In this document: positions 39,085 through 47,382 of the stretch, one piece after another
Layout: each line of letters starts with the position of its first letter
How positions within the stretch are numbered: position 1 is the stretch's first letter
From: Spirochaetia bacterium
GTDB taxonomy: Bacteria > Spirochaetota > Spirochaetia > UBA9216
Assembly (NCBI GenBank): GCA_965140585.1
Contig: OZ223267.1
Span: 1-64,000 of the forward strand
Direction of reading: 5' to 3'
DNA: 64,000 bases
The notes under the pieces: generated by a model
Told to the model about the DNA's origin: nothing
Databases searched by the model: none
What the model saw: only the letters and a program-made list of their open reading frames with translations
Position numbers and translations under genes: made by a program

Positions 39085-39764
39085 AAAACCATCCCGCTGC
39101 CTTGCAGCATAAAACCCATAAGCGGTCCGCATTTTTCTTCACAGGGTGCATAGAACTTCCCATGTTTGCGCTTACCCGATTTATTCTCAGGGCCGTAAAA
39201 GAATTCGGTCAAACCAAGCGGTTTCAGATTATATAAAACCGCTGAATTAAGCAGTTTCGGTGCACAGCAGTCTCCTGTTCCCGACGGTATTCCCTTTCTG
39301 TTTTTGAAAAGTTCAAACAGTGATGTTGTATCACCTTTAAAGTTTCTGATATTGTACATTGCATGTATATCATGCATAAACTCTCTGGAAAGTTCCCTGC
39401 GTTTATTTTCAAGCCTTACCCGTTCCGGAGTGCCGGGGTTCATGGAGTTTATTTCTATGCCCAGATTTTTTATCACCGGGTCCCGCTGCTCCACCATCAA
39501 AGTGAATTCTTCAGTATCCAGAATAGGGTTTACCCATCCCGGAACATACCAGTGTCCATTGTACTGACCGCTGAATGCTTTAAGCACTTTATCAGCACCA
39601 TCAGCTGTTCTGCACAGGAGCACTCCGAACATCTGACCGCCTCCGGATCCAAACAGATAATCCGTGGATAACGCCGGATTGGGGATCTCATTTTCAAAAT
39701 CAATTCTTTTAAATGACTCCAGCTTATTTATTAGTTCTACAGCATACTCTTTTGCATTCTGCAT
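39081..39764 (-). CDS. Stand-alone TrcP-like cytidine-deaminase domain (N-terminal half of long RluA/TrcP proteins)
   Basis: GQMFGVLL..LKAFSG..VPGWVNP, GTGDCCAPKLL, LTEFFYG, FYAPCEEKCGPLMGFML. Start taken at ATG 39764. Confidence 0.7.
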   Translation of the reverse strand: MQNAKEYAVELINKLESFKRIDFENEIPNPALSTDYLFGSGGGQMFGVLLCRTADGADKVLKAFSGQYNGHWYVPGWVNPILDTEEFTLMVEQRDPVIKNLGIEINSMNPGTPERVRLENKRRELSREFMHDIHAMYNIRNFKGDTTSLFELFKNRKGIPSGTGDCCAPKLLNSAVLYNLKPLGLTEFFYGPENKSGKRKHGKFYAPCEEKCGPLMGFMLQGSGMVL

Positions 39765-39775
39765 TTTTTCTCTCT

Positions 39776-40456
39776 TTAGATAAACTCCCTTTGCCGGTAC
39801 CAGGATAATGAGAACCTGAAGGCCGCGAAGAGCATCAGACCGGATAAAACAGGCATTACTGTGTTGATGATATATCTGTGTAAACCTGTAAGGATACCAA
39901 TTGCATCCTGAAACGAGTCCGGTGTTTTTCCGGTAAGTTCCGGGCACAATTTCATTACTATCGTGTATATACCCAGTACCGCTATCATGGCAATATAATT
40001 AGCCCATCTACTTTTATGGTAGCCCATGCTGAAATATAAAGGAAAATAGATACTGAAGTAAACTGCGGGAAAGAATATAAACTGAATCAGCAGATCTGTA
40101 GAAAATACGGCTTCAATACTTATTTCAGCAATAAAGAATGACATAACGACAATGGACACGCTTCTGATGATATTAAATAAAAGAAGATATATACCTATGC
40201 TGATGAACTTCGCGGCAACTAATTCACCCCGGCTTACCGGCATTGCTGCGAATGCACGATCGGTCTGATATTTATCATCAAGCGCATTAGCATAAACAAT
40301 ATATATGTAAGCAGCTGCGATATACGGCAATATTATGAAAATTGAATCACTGCCGGAACTTACGGCAAATGCGCTCAGCACAGGCATCAGCAGCATGTAA
40401 ACAGCAGATTTTCCGCCTTTCTGTATTAAGAAATCCTTATAAACCAGACTGAGCAT
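39776..40456 (-). CDS. ABC-2 type transporter permease
   Basis: LVYKDFL, AMPVSRGELVAAKF, about 6 TM segments. Confidence 0.85.
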   Translation of the reverse strand: MLSLVYKDFLIQKGGKSAVYMLLMPVLSAFAVSSGSDSIFIILPYIAAAYIYIVYANALDDKYQTDRAFAAMPVSRGELVAAKFISIGIYLLLFNIIRSVSIVVMSFFIAEISIEAVFSTDLLIQFIFFPAVYFSIYFPLYFSMGYHKSRWANYIAMIAVLGIYTIVMKLCPELTGKTPDSFQDAIGILTGLHRYIINTVMPVLSGLMLFAAFRFSLSWYRQREFI

Positions 40457-41339
40457 TTTTTTCTCCTTTAAGCATGGTAAGCATCAATTCTTCAAGACTG
40501 GGCCTGCTGATTATCAGATCGCGGGAATCTATCTGCCGGCTGAAAATCTTTTTGGTGAGTTCCAAATCATCAGTTATTCCGGTAAAATGCGTGTCGCGCC
40601 TGTTTATATAGCCGATACTTCCCGAGGTGTCGCGGTCAAGAAGATCAATTCTGCCTTTCACAAGCCTGAACCGATCACTGAGAGTATCCATCGGCTCATT
40701 AAAGACTATTTTTCCGTCTTTTAAAAAGGCTATATAATCAGCAATCTTTTCCAAATCAGTTGTGATATGACTCGAGAATATAACCGAAATCTCTTCAGTG
40801 GCAATTCTCTGCTGCAGAAGTTCAAGGATTTCCGCCCGGAATAAAGGATCAAGGCCTGATGTGGGTTCATCCATGATAATTAATTCAGCCTGATGTGAAA
40901 GGGCAATGGCAAGAGAATATTTCATTTTCATTCCCTTTGAAAGAGTCTCGATCTTTCGTGACGGATCCAGTCCGAAATCACTTATGTAACCCTTATATGC
41001 AGCTGTATCCCAATTTTTGTAAAGTTTTGAGACTATCCCGGTCATTTCCTTTAGAGTCAGCTGCTGGTACCAGGGCGGTTCATCGAATACGAAACCTATG
41101 CGTTGTTTAATTTCTTTTTCTGCATTGTAAAGATCTTCACCGAATATCTTAATATCTCCGCTATCTTTGTTTATAAGATTGAGGATTAATTTAATCAGAG
41201 TTGTTTTACCGGCTCCATTAGGACCTATCAAGCCAAGAATATAGCCTTTTTCAAGCGAAATAGATATATTCTCAAGGCCGAAGGGGCTTGATTGATCATA
41301 TCGTTTTGATATGCCGTTTATTTCGATTACAGGTGGCAT
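40437..41339 (-). CDS. ABC transporter ATP-binding protein (YtrB-like)
   Basis: GPNGAGKTT, LSKGMK, IIMDEPTSGLDP, SSH. Confidence 0.95.
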   Translation of the reverse strand: MPPVIEINGISKRYDQSSPFGLENISISLEKGYILGLIGPNGAGKTTLIKLILNLINKDSGDIKIFGEDLYNAEKEIKQRIGFVFDEPPWYQQLTLKEMTGIVSKLYKNWDTAAYKGYISDFGLDPSRKIETLSKGMKMKYSLAIALSHQAELIIMDEPTSGLDPLFRAEILELLQQRIATEEISVIFSSHITTDLEKIADYIAFLKDGKIVFNEPMDTLSDRFRLVKGRIDLLDRDTSGSIGYINRRDTHFTGITDDLELTKKIFSRQIDSRDLIISRPSLEELMLTMLKGEKNAQSGL

Positions 41340-41340
41340 T

Positions 41341-41715
41341 TCAGTTTTCCTCCTTTAAAATTTGAAGCATGTCTTTTATTTCATTAATATCAAGATTTAG
41401 GTAATCAGCCTGCTTGATTACTTCAGAAAGCAGCTCTTCCAGAAGTCTCAATCGTCTTTCTCTGAGCATTGAATTATTATCTGCTGCAAAGCAGCCTTTT
41501 CCAGGGATGGTAACTATAAGCCCTTCCTTTTCCAGCTCATCATAGGCTCTTTTGGTTGTAATTACGCTGATCGAAAGCTCTGCTGCCATACTCCGGATTG
41601 AAGGCAGGGATTCACCTCCCTCAATTTCTCCATTCATGATCGACTTTCGAAGCTGAGAGACTATCTGTTCGTACAAGGGTAAATCTGAACTGTTTGATAT
41701 GACAATATTTAACAT
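41341..41715 (-). CDS. GntR family regulator, YtrA subfamily
   Basis: PLYEQI, LPSIRSMAAELSISVITTKRAYDELE, GKGCF; short C-terminus. ATG 41715 follows GAGGA. Confidence 0.92.
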   Translation of the reverse strand: MLNIVISNSSDLPLYEQIVSQLRKSIMNGEIEGGESLPSIRSMAAELSISVITTKRAYDELEKEGLIVTIPGKGCFAADNNSMLRERRLRLLEELLSEVIKQADYLNLDINEIKDMLQILKEEN

Positions 41716-41722
41716 ACTTCCT

Positions 41723-41764
41723 CTGTTACAACTGTATATGTTAAAATATACACAGTTGTAACAG
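41723..41764. promoter_or_regulatory. YtrA-type operator palindrome overlapping the promoter
   Basis: CTGTTACAACTGT-N16-ACAGTTGTAACAG, perfect 13-bp arms; minus-strand TTGACA-N16-TATATT. Confidence 0.85.
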
Positions 41765-41781
41765 TATGTCAAGCAAGGAAT

Positions 41782-42282
41782 CTAATAATCAGTGATTTTT
41801 ATAAATGAAGATATGTATTTAATAAACTCATCAATTTCTTCGGGGGCCAGAAGGTAGGTTTTGTCGGCAGTTATGAAGACGGCTGCTGTATCATTCTGCA
41901 TGGTTATAAGCTTGACGTTTTCACCGCCGGCTATCCTGAATGTTCCGGCCCTGAAACCTGCCATTGCTATTCCATTCAGTTTTACCGATGGTTTCCATTC
42001 GGTATCGGTGTAGTCAGGGACATAAAGTGCCTGTTGAACCTCATCCCAGCTGAATTCTATCTTTCCATAACTTGTGGAGCTGATGCCATTTTCATCAGCA
42101 ATGATTTTAGCAGGTCTGCCGAAACTGAAAAAAACAAAACCGAATACAACAACTACAATACCAAGCGCTATCAGTTTTTTATTCCAGTCACCTTTTTTTA
42201 AAAACATGCTGGCAGTGACCGCGATAAGGGTAATAATTAATAAGATTAGAATGAAACCTGAAGAATTAACTGTAATTTCCAT
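41782..42282 (-). CDS. Membrane protein with bacterial PH-like domain
   Basis: Two TM segments, then KLNGIAMAGFRAGTFR...TYLLAPEE. Confidence 0.65.
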   Translation of the reverse strand: MEITVNSSGFILILLIITLIAVTASMFLKKGDWNKKLIALGIVVVVFGFVFFSFGRPAKIIADENGISSTSYGKIEFSWDEVQQALYVPDYTDTEWKPSVKLNGIAMAGFRAGTFRIAGGENVKLITMQNDTAAVFITADKTYLLAPEEIDEFIKYISSFIKITDY

Positions 42283-42331
42283 ATTGGCACCTCGTATTAA
42301 ATATACAGGCTGTGAGGAAAATTATTCAGTA

Positions 42332-42784
42332 TCAGCTGTTTTCTTCTTCACTGTTAAATAGATACATGAACTCTTCCTGTGAAACCAGTTCTTCGTTTTC
42401 TCCTGATTCCTGAAGTTCAGCAAGGCTTTCTTCAAGTGATGAAGATGCTTTTCGATAATCTGCAGAAATAGTCATGAAGTCATTTTTATATGTCATTATA
42501 TGTTCAGAGAAGGGCAGTTTACCGGTTGTCAGTTCATCTATAAGATCAGTAAAAAACCCGGTAACCCGTATCATTTCCTTAAGATTTTCAGGCTGTTTCA
42601 GCATGCTTGCTTCAGTTATTGATGTATAAAGATCTTTCAAGGCTTTATTTATAAAAAGAACCTGGTTGACTACGTACTCCAGAAATATTGAGGAATCTAT
42701 ATTTATCGAACAGCCTTTTCGCAGTGTTCGAAGCATATCATTGAGCAGGAAAAGGTTTTCTTCATAATGTATCATACTTGCCAT
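42332..42784 (-). CDS. Hypothetical helical protein
   Basis: 150-aa ORF (IHYEENLF..., VSQEEF..LF) with GAAGG RBS and a sigma28-like promoter. Confidence 0.65.
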   Translation of the reverse strand: MASMIHYEENLFLLNDMLRTLRKGCSINIDSSIFLEYVVNQVLFINKALKDLYTSITEASMLKQPENLKEMIRVTGFFTDLIDELTTGKLPFSEHIMTYKNDFMTISADYRKASSSLEESLAELQESGENEELVSQEEFMYLFNSEEENS

Positions 42785-42853
42785 AATACCTTCATTTTCG
42801 GCTGAAATCTTCCCATACTTGACATTGAAAAAGCACTATGATAGGCTCAATCG

Positions 42854-42905
42854 ACCTCTTTATCCGCCTCGGTATGAGATGCGGATCATTAAGACCATAG
42901 GGAGG
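42854..42905 (+). promoter_or_regulatory. rpsF leader (S6:S18 autogenous-control RNA element)
   Basis: CCTCTT can pair with the RBS region AGGGAGG; inner hairpin ATCCGC..GCGGAT; AGACC loop before the RBS; promoter TTGACA-N17-TAGGCT at 42819-42847. Confidence 0.6.
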
Positions 42906-42909
42906 AAAA

Positions 42910-43191
42910 ATGAGAAACTACGAAGTTGTTTTTATTTTCCGAACAGATGCTGACAATTACAAAGTCGGGCTGGAAAAAGTTAAAGAAGAATTAGCAAAAG
43001 CCGGTGCAAATATCCTTAAAGAAGAGGATATGGGTGACCGGGAACTGGCCTACCAGATCAAAAAGGAAGCAAGAGGGCATTATGTCCTTCTGGACATTGA
43101 AGTTGCTCCTGACAAAATTGTTTCCATCGAAAAGGATATCAAGCTTTTTAACGAAGTTCTCAAATTCTTATTCATAAAAAAAGAACAATAA
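42910..43191 (+). CDS. rpsF: 30S ribosomal protein S6
   Basis: MRNYEVVFIF, MGDRELAYQIKK..GHY. Confidence 0.95.
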   Translation: MRNYEVVFIFRTDADNYKVGLEKVKEELAKAGANILKEEDMGDRELAYQIKKEARGHYVLLDIEVAPDKIVSIEKDIKLFNEVLKFLFIKKEQ

Positions 43192-43216
43192 ATTTCGTAT
43201 AAGGAGCTGACTGCAT

Positions 43217-43684
43217 ATGGAAGATGTAAATTATGTAATCATGATAGGACGGCTTACCCGTGACGCGGAACTGAAATATACAAATTCCGGTCTTGCTGTA
43301 AGCAGCTTTTCTCTCGCTGTCAATCGAAGAAAGAGGTCAGGCGACAGTTGGGAAGATGAAGTATCGTTCTTTGATCTTGCACTTTTTGGAAAGCGTGCCG
43401 AATCCCTTAACCAGTACCTTACAAAGGGTCAGCAGGTTGCTGTAGAAGGTTCACTTCAGCAGGACCGGTGGGAACAGGACGGAAAATCAAGAAGCAAGGT
43501 CAGGATTATTGCAAATAATATTCAGCTCCTGGGCGGCCGCGGCGGACAAGGCGGCGGTTTTCAGAAGGGCGGAGGAGCTCCGGGTGGAAGAAACAATTCC
43601 GGAAACGGTTTTGGTGAAGAAGATAAATTCTATCCCGATAACAACAATTACTCCGCAGATTTTGAAGATGATATTCCATTCTAG
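43217..43684 (+). CDS. ssb: Single-stranded DNA-binding protein
   Basis: IGRLTRDAELKYT, KGQQVAVEGSL, C-terminal DDIPF. Confidence 0.97.
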   Translation: MEDVNYVIMIGRLTRDAELKYTNSGLAVSSFSLAVNRRKRSGDSWEDEVSFFDLALFGKRAESLNQYLTKGQQVAVEGSLQQDRWEQDGKSRSKVRIIANNIQLLGGRGGQGGGFQKGGGAPGGRNNSGNGFGEEDKFYPDNNNYSADFEDDIPF

Positions 43685-43699
43685 ACAGGAGATTTAGAC

Positions 43700-43984
43700 A
43701 TGAGTGATGATAATAGAAAGAACGATTCTATGGATAAGGGTGATGACAAAGGCGGATACAAAGGCCGCAATAAGACCTTCTTCAAGAAGAAAGTTTGTCG
43801 TTTCTGCACCCAGAAAGTAGTGATGGATTATAAAAATCCTGAAGTACTCAGAAGATTTGTTACAGAAAGCGGTAAAATACTGCCAAGAAGAATTACAGGA
43901 ACATGTGCCAAACACCAGAGACAGCTTGCGACTGAAATCAAAAGAGCAAGAGTGTTGGCTCTTCTTCCGTTCATGAAGAGATAA
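43700..43984 (+). CDS. rpsR: 30S ribosomal protein S18 (Zn-binding form)
   Basis: [29 protein letters not shown]. Confidence 0.97.
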   Translation: MSDDNRKNDSMDKGDDKGGYKGRNKTFFKKKVCRFCTQKVVMDYKNPEVLRRFVTESGKILPRRITGTCAKHQRQLATEIKRARVLALLPFMKR

Positions 43985-43987
43985 GGG

Positions 43988-44980
43988 ATGCTTCAGGTCA
44001 GAGACATAGGCAGCTGGAAAGATATAGGTGCTGCAGTGCTGATATCAGCGATATTCAGCCAGTTTGGAATGCTTATTTTTTTCATGACTTTGCCTCTATA
44101 TGTTCTGTCGGCCAGAAGAAATTCCAGAGTCGTCATGACGGCGGCTTTATCCGTACTGGTGATTAATCTTTTAATCGATGTATGGAACATGAGAGCGGTT
44201 ACTGATACCGGTCTAAAGTGGGCGGTAATCGTCCTGGATATGATGATTCCGGTGCTTTTAACACTGGGTTTGTTCTTTGTCATAAATATTTTTCCTGGAA
44301 TGACGGGAAAAAGAAAACTGTATAAACTGTTCGCTGCTACTGTTTTTTCAATAGTTATAAGCCTGCCGGTATTCTTTTTATTAAAGAATAACGAATTGTT
44401 TATTTCTGCAATAGAAGAACAGTTTACTGCAATGGGCAGTATGTTTTTCAACAGTGAAAACAGAAATTTTGAAACAGAACTGATGCAGACGTATTTCGAT
44501 GGTGAAACCTTTTTGGAATATCTGAAAGGATTTTATCTGAGATCAATAGTATTTATTTACTTTGCGCTGCTTGCAGGGCTTACCAGAATGGGCGATGTTC
44601 TTCTGGCAAGATTCAGCAGGCGGAAGCTGCTAAATATCAGAGATTTTAAACTTCCGGAGTTTTTACTCTGGCCGTTTCTTATTTCTGTAGCATTGCTTGC
44701 TGTAGAAGTTTTTGAGCTGTTCAGCTTTTCTTATTTCTCTCCGGTTATCTGGAACGTGGGCTTTATTCTACTTCTGCTTTACGGATTGCAGGGACTTGCA
44801 ATTATGAGAAGCCTGTACGTCAGAATTCGCATTCCCCCCGGACTTCAGCTTATGACTGAATTTATTTTCATTCTGCTGCTGTTTATGCCCGGCGTGAATT
44901 ATATTGTGATAATAGGAATACCGCTGCTTGGAGTATCGGAAACCTGGATCAACTTACGAAAACCTATGAAGGAGTATTAA
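43988..44980 (+). CDS. DUF2232/YybS-like membrane protein
   Basis: Multi-TM; FKLPEFLLW, YGLQGLAI, LGVSETWINLR; located between rpsR and rplI. Confidence 0.8.
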   Translation: MLQVRDIGSWKDIGAAVLISAIFSQFGMLIFFMTLPLYVLSARRNSRVVMTAALSVLVINLLIDVWNMRAVTDTGLKWAVIVLDMMIPVLLTLGLFFVINIFPGMTGKRKLYKLFAATVFSIVISLPVFFLLKNNELFISAIEEQFTAMGSMFFNSENRNFETELMQTYFDGETFLEYLKGFYLRSIVFIYFALLAGLTRMGDVLLARFSRRKLLNIRDFKLPEFLLWPFLISVALLAVEVFELFSFSYFSPVIWNVGFILLLLYGLQGLAIMRSLYVRIRIPPGLQLMTEFIFILLLFMPGVNYIVIIGIPLLGVSETWINLRKPMKEY

Positions 44981-44983
44981 ACC

Positions 44984-45619
44984 GTGAAGATAATACTTAA
45001 CGAAGATGTATATAACCTCGGAGAAGAGGGCGATGTATGTGTCGTTGCAGACGGTTATGCAAGAAACTACCTGATTCCTCAGGGACTTGCTGTTCTATGC
45101 AACAAACAGTCGTTATCTATGTTCGAGCATAAAAAAGAAGCTATTGAGAAAAGAAAAGAAGAGAAGAGAAAAGAAGCTCTCGGCCTTAAGGAGAAACTTG
45201 AAGGTCTTTCTCTTACCATAAAAATGCCTGCCGGTGAGACAGGTAAACTTTTCGGTTCTGTAACCAATGCAGTTATTGCTGATGCTCTTGAGAAAGAGGG
45301 TGTTACAGTCGAAAAGAAGAAAATTGATGTACCTACATCGAACATCAAGATGATTGGAAAGTACACAGTTCTTGTTAAGCTTTACAGCGGTGAGCTCGCA
45401 AAATTTGAGATCATTGTAGAGAGTATTGACGGAAAAGCTGAAGTTGCTCTTGCTAAGAAGCAGGAAGCCATGGCTGCAAAAGCTGCCAGGAAGGAAGCTT
45501 CTGCCGGAGCTGAAGAAACCGTAGAAGCAGAAGAAGTTGAAGCTTCTGAAGAAGTGGAAACCGAAGACGAGGTTGAAGCGGAAACTGAAGATGATTCTGC
45601 TGAATCAGACGAAGAGTAA
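44984..45619 (+). CDS. rplI: 50S ribosomal protein L9 with acidic C-terminal tail
   Basis: LGEEGDVCVVADGYARNYLIP, GKLFGSVT. Confidence 0.97.
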   Translation: MKIILNEDVYNLGEEGDVCVVADGYARNYLIPQGLAVLCNKQSLSMFEHKKEAIEKRKEEKRKEALGLKEKLEGLSLTIKMPAGETGKLFGSVTNAVIADALEKEGVTVEKKKIDVPTSNIKMIGKYTVLVKLYSGELAKFEIIVESIDGKAEVALAKKQEAMAAKAARKEASAGAEETVEAEEVEASEEVETEDEVEAETEDDSAESDEE

Positions 45620-45627
45620 CAGGAGTT

Positions 45628-46965
45628 ATGACTCCTGAAGTCCTGAAGGATAAAGTTCCGCCTCATAACGATGATGCCGAAAAGGCTTCAATTGGGGCGA
45701 TGCTTCTTGATCAGGATGCAATAGATTCGGTCCTCAGATATCTGAGGGCTGATGATTTCTATCGAACCGCACATAAAAAAATATTTCAGGCAATTATTGA
45801 TCTCACAAACGCATCACAACCGGTTGATCTTATTACCCTTGCGGAAAAACTTCGTGAAAAAGGTGAAATAGAACAGTGCGGGGGACCTGCGTATATCAGT
45901 ACTCTGTCGGATTTTGTTCCTACAGCTGCCAACGTTGAATATTATGCAAAAATTGTACGTGACTGCAGTGTCAGAAGGCTTCTGATTAAAACTGCCTCTG
46001 AGATGATAGCATCGGCGCACGATGAAACGCTTGACGGAAGTGAGATTATCGAGGAATCTGAAAAGAAGATTTTCGAAATTGCTGACGGAAGTACCTCCAG
46101 TACTTATAAAAATGCCGGCGATGTTGTTTCCAGAACAATTGAAGCGATTGAGAAGCTTTATCATACAAAGGATGCGTATACCGGAGTTCCTTCCGGATTT
46201 TCTGATCTTGATCATATGACCAGCGGTTTTCAGAAATCAGAGTTTATAATTATCGGTGCACGTCCGTCTATCGGTAAAACAGCTCTGGCTCTTACTATGG
46301 CTTCGAATATTGCCGTTAAGCAGAAAATTAGCGTCGGCTTTTTCTCTCTTGAAATGTCAGACATGGCGCTTATGCAGCGTCTTGTTTCTTCAGAGGCAAG
46401 AATAAACTCAGGTGCCTTACGGTCGGGTATGTTCAAGATGTCCGATTTTTCGAAACTGACTGAGGCCGCATCAAGAATCTATGAAGCGCCGTTATTTATA
46501 GATGATACACCCAATATGAAGCTACTGCAGATCAGATCAACCGCAAGACGCCTCAAGGCTCAGGAAGATGTTCAGATCATCTTTATTGACTATATTGGTC
46601 TTATCGAACCTGAGAACAAGGGGAGAACACCCAGACATGAACAGGTAGGTGAAATTTCAAGGTCATTAAAAGCTCTGGCCAGAGAGCTGGAAGTTCCGGT
46701 AATTGTTCTCTCGCAGGTTGGCCGGCAATCTGAGGGTGAACCTCCAAAACTTTCAGACCTGAGGGAATCAGGCTCCATTGAGCAGGATGCCGATGTTGTA
46801 ATGTTTCTGCATAGAGACCGAGGTATTGAGGGTGAAGATCAGGATGCAGGGCGAAAAACCGAACTGATAGTTGCCAAGCAGCGAAACGGTCCTGTCGGAA
46901 AGGTTGATCTTGCCTTTATTCCGCAATACACTAGATTTGAATCATTCAGCAGAGAATATAACTGA
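45628..46965 (+). CDS. dnaB: Replicative DNA helicase
   Basis: PPHNDDAE, GARPSIGKT, FSLEMS, IDYIGL, LSDLRESGSIEQDAD, AKQRNGP. Confidence 0.98.
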   Translation: MTPEVLKDKVPPHNDDAEKASIGAMLLDQDAIDSVLRYLRADDFYRTAHKKIFQAIIDLTNASQPVDLITLAEKLREKGEIEQCGGPAYISTLSDFVPTAANVEYYAKIVRDCSVRRLLIKTASEMIASAHDETLDGSEIIEESEKKIFEIADGSTSSTYKNAGDVVSRTIEAIEKLYHTKDAYTGVPSGFSDLDHMTSGFQKSEFIIIGARPSIGKTALALTMASNIAVKQKISVGFFSLEMSDMALMQRLVSSEARINSGALRSGMFKMSDFSKLTEAASRIYEAPLFIDDTPNMKLLQIRSTARRLKAQEDVQIIFIDYIGLIEPENKGRTPRHEQVGEISRSLKALARELEVPVIVLSQVGRQSEGEPPKLSDLRESGSIEQDADVVMFLHRDRGIEGEDQDAGRKTELIVAKQRNGPVGKVDLAFIPQYTRFESFSREYN

Positions 46966-47028
46966 TAAATAAAGAAGTTTTCTCCGCTGTCCGATAATTA
47001 ATCCATCGAACACTTAAAGGGGATACTT

Positions 47029-47322
47029 ATGGGCTTTAAAGAAGAATATGAGCTAGAAATGCTTATAAATGAGGCAGAAAATCTTGTATTCGAGGAGCTT
47101 GAACATCAGCTGTCTGAGTCCTGGGCCGAAGATTTCTGTAAATGCCAGGATTGTGTTCAGGATATGGCTGCTCTTGCCCTAAATTCCGTAAAACCATTTT
47201 ACCGGGCGTCACTTCTTGGGCGGGTTTACGCCGAGTCATTATCAAATACTGATTTTGAAGAAGATATTATTAAAGCCGTAAAAGACGCAATTGTAAAAAT
47301 TTCCAGTAATCCTTCACATTAA
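47029..47322 (+). CDS. ComFB family protein
   Basis: INEAENLV, CKCQDCVQDMAALALNSVKPFY, terminal NPSH. Confidence 0.85.
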   Translation: MGFKEEYELEMLINEAENLVFEELEHQLSESWAEDFCKCQDCVQDMAALALNSVKPFYRASLLGRVYAESLSNTDFEEDIIKAVKDAIVKISSNPSH

Positions 47323-47382
47323 ACAGATCAAGAACAAAGAATGTGTTAAATTAATATATATACTTACCACGGAAGGAAATAT

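Noticed and set aside
39765-39947. N-terminal extension of the 288-aa track ORF; likewise the longer starts given for satD, GntR, cheA, DUF192 and WD40
   Set aside because: The extensions overlap neighbouring genes or promoters. Downstream ATGs fit RBS/promoter position and family N-termini.
43988-45619. DUF2232 directly followed by rplI without gdpP; acidic L9 tail
   Set aside because: Appears to be an ordinary arrangement outside Firmicutes; acidic L9 tails are common.
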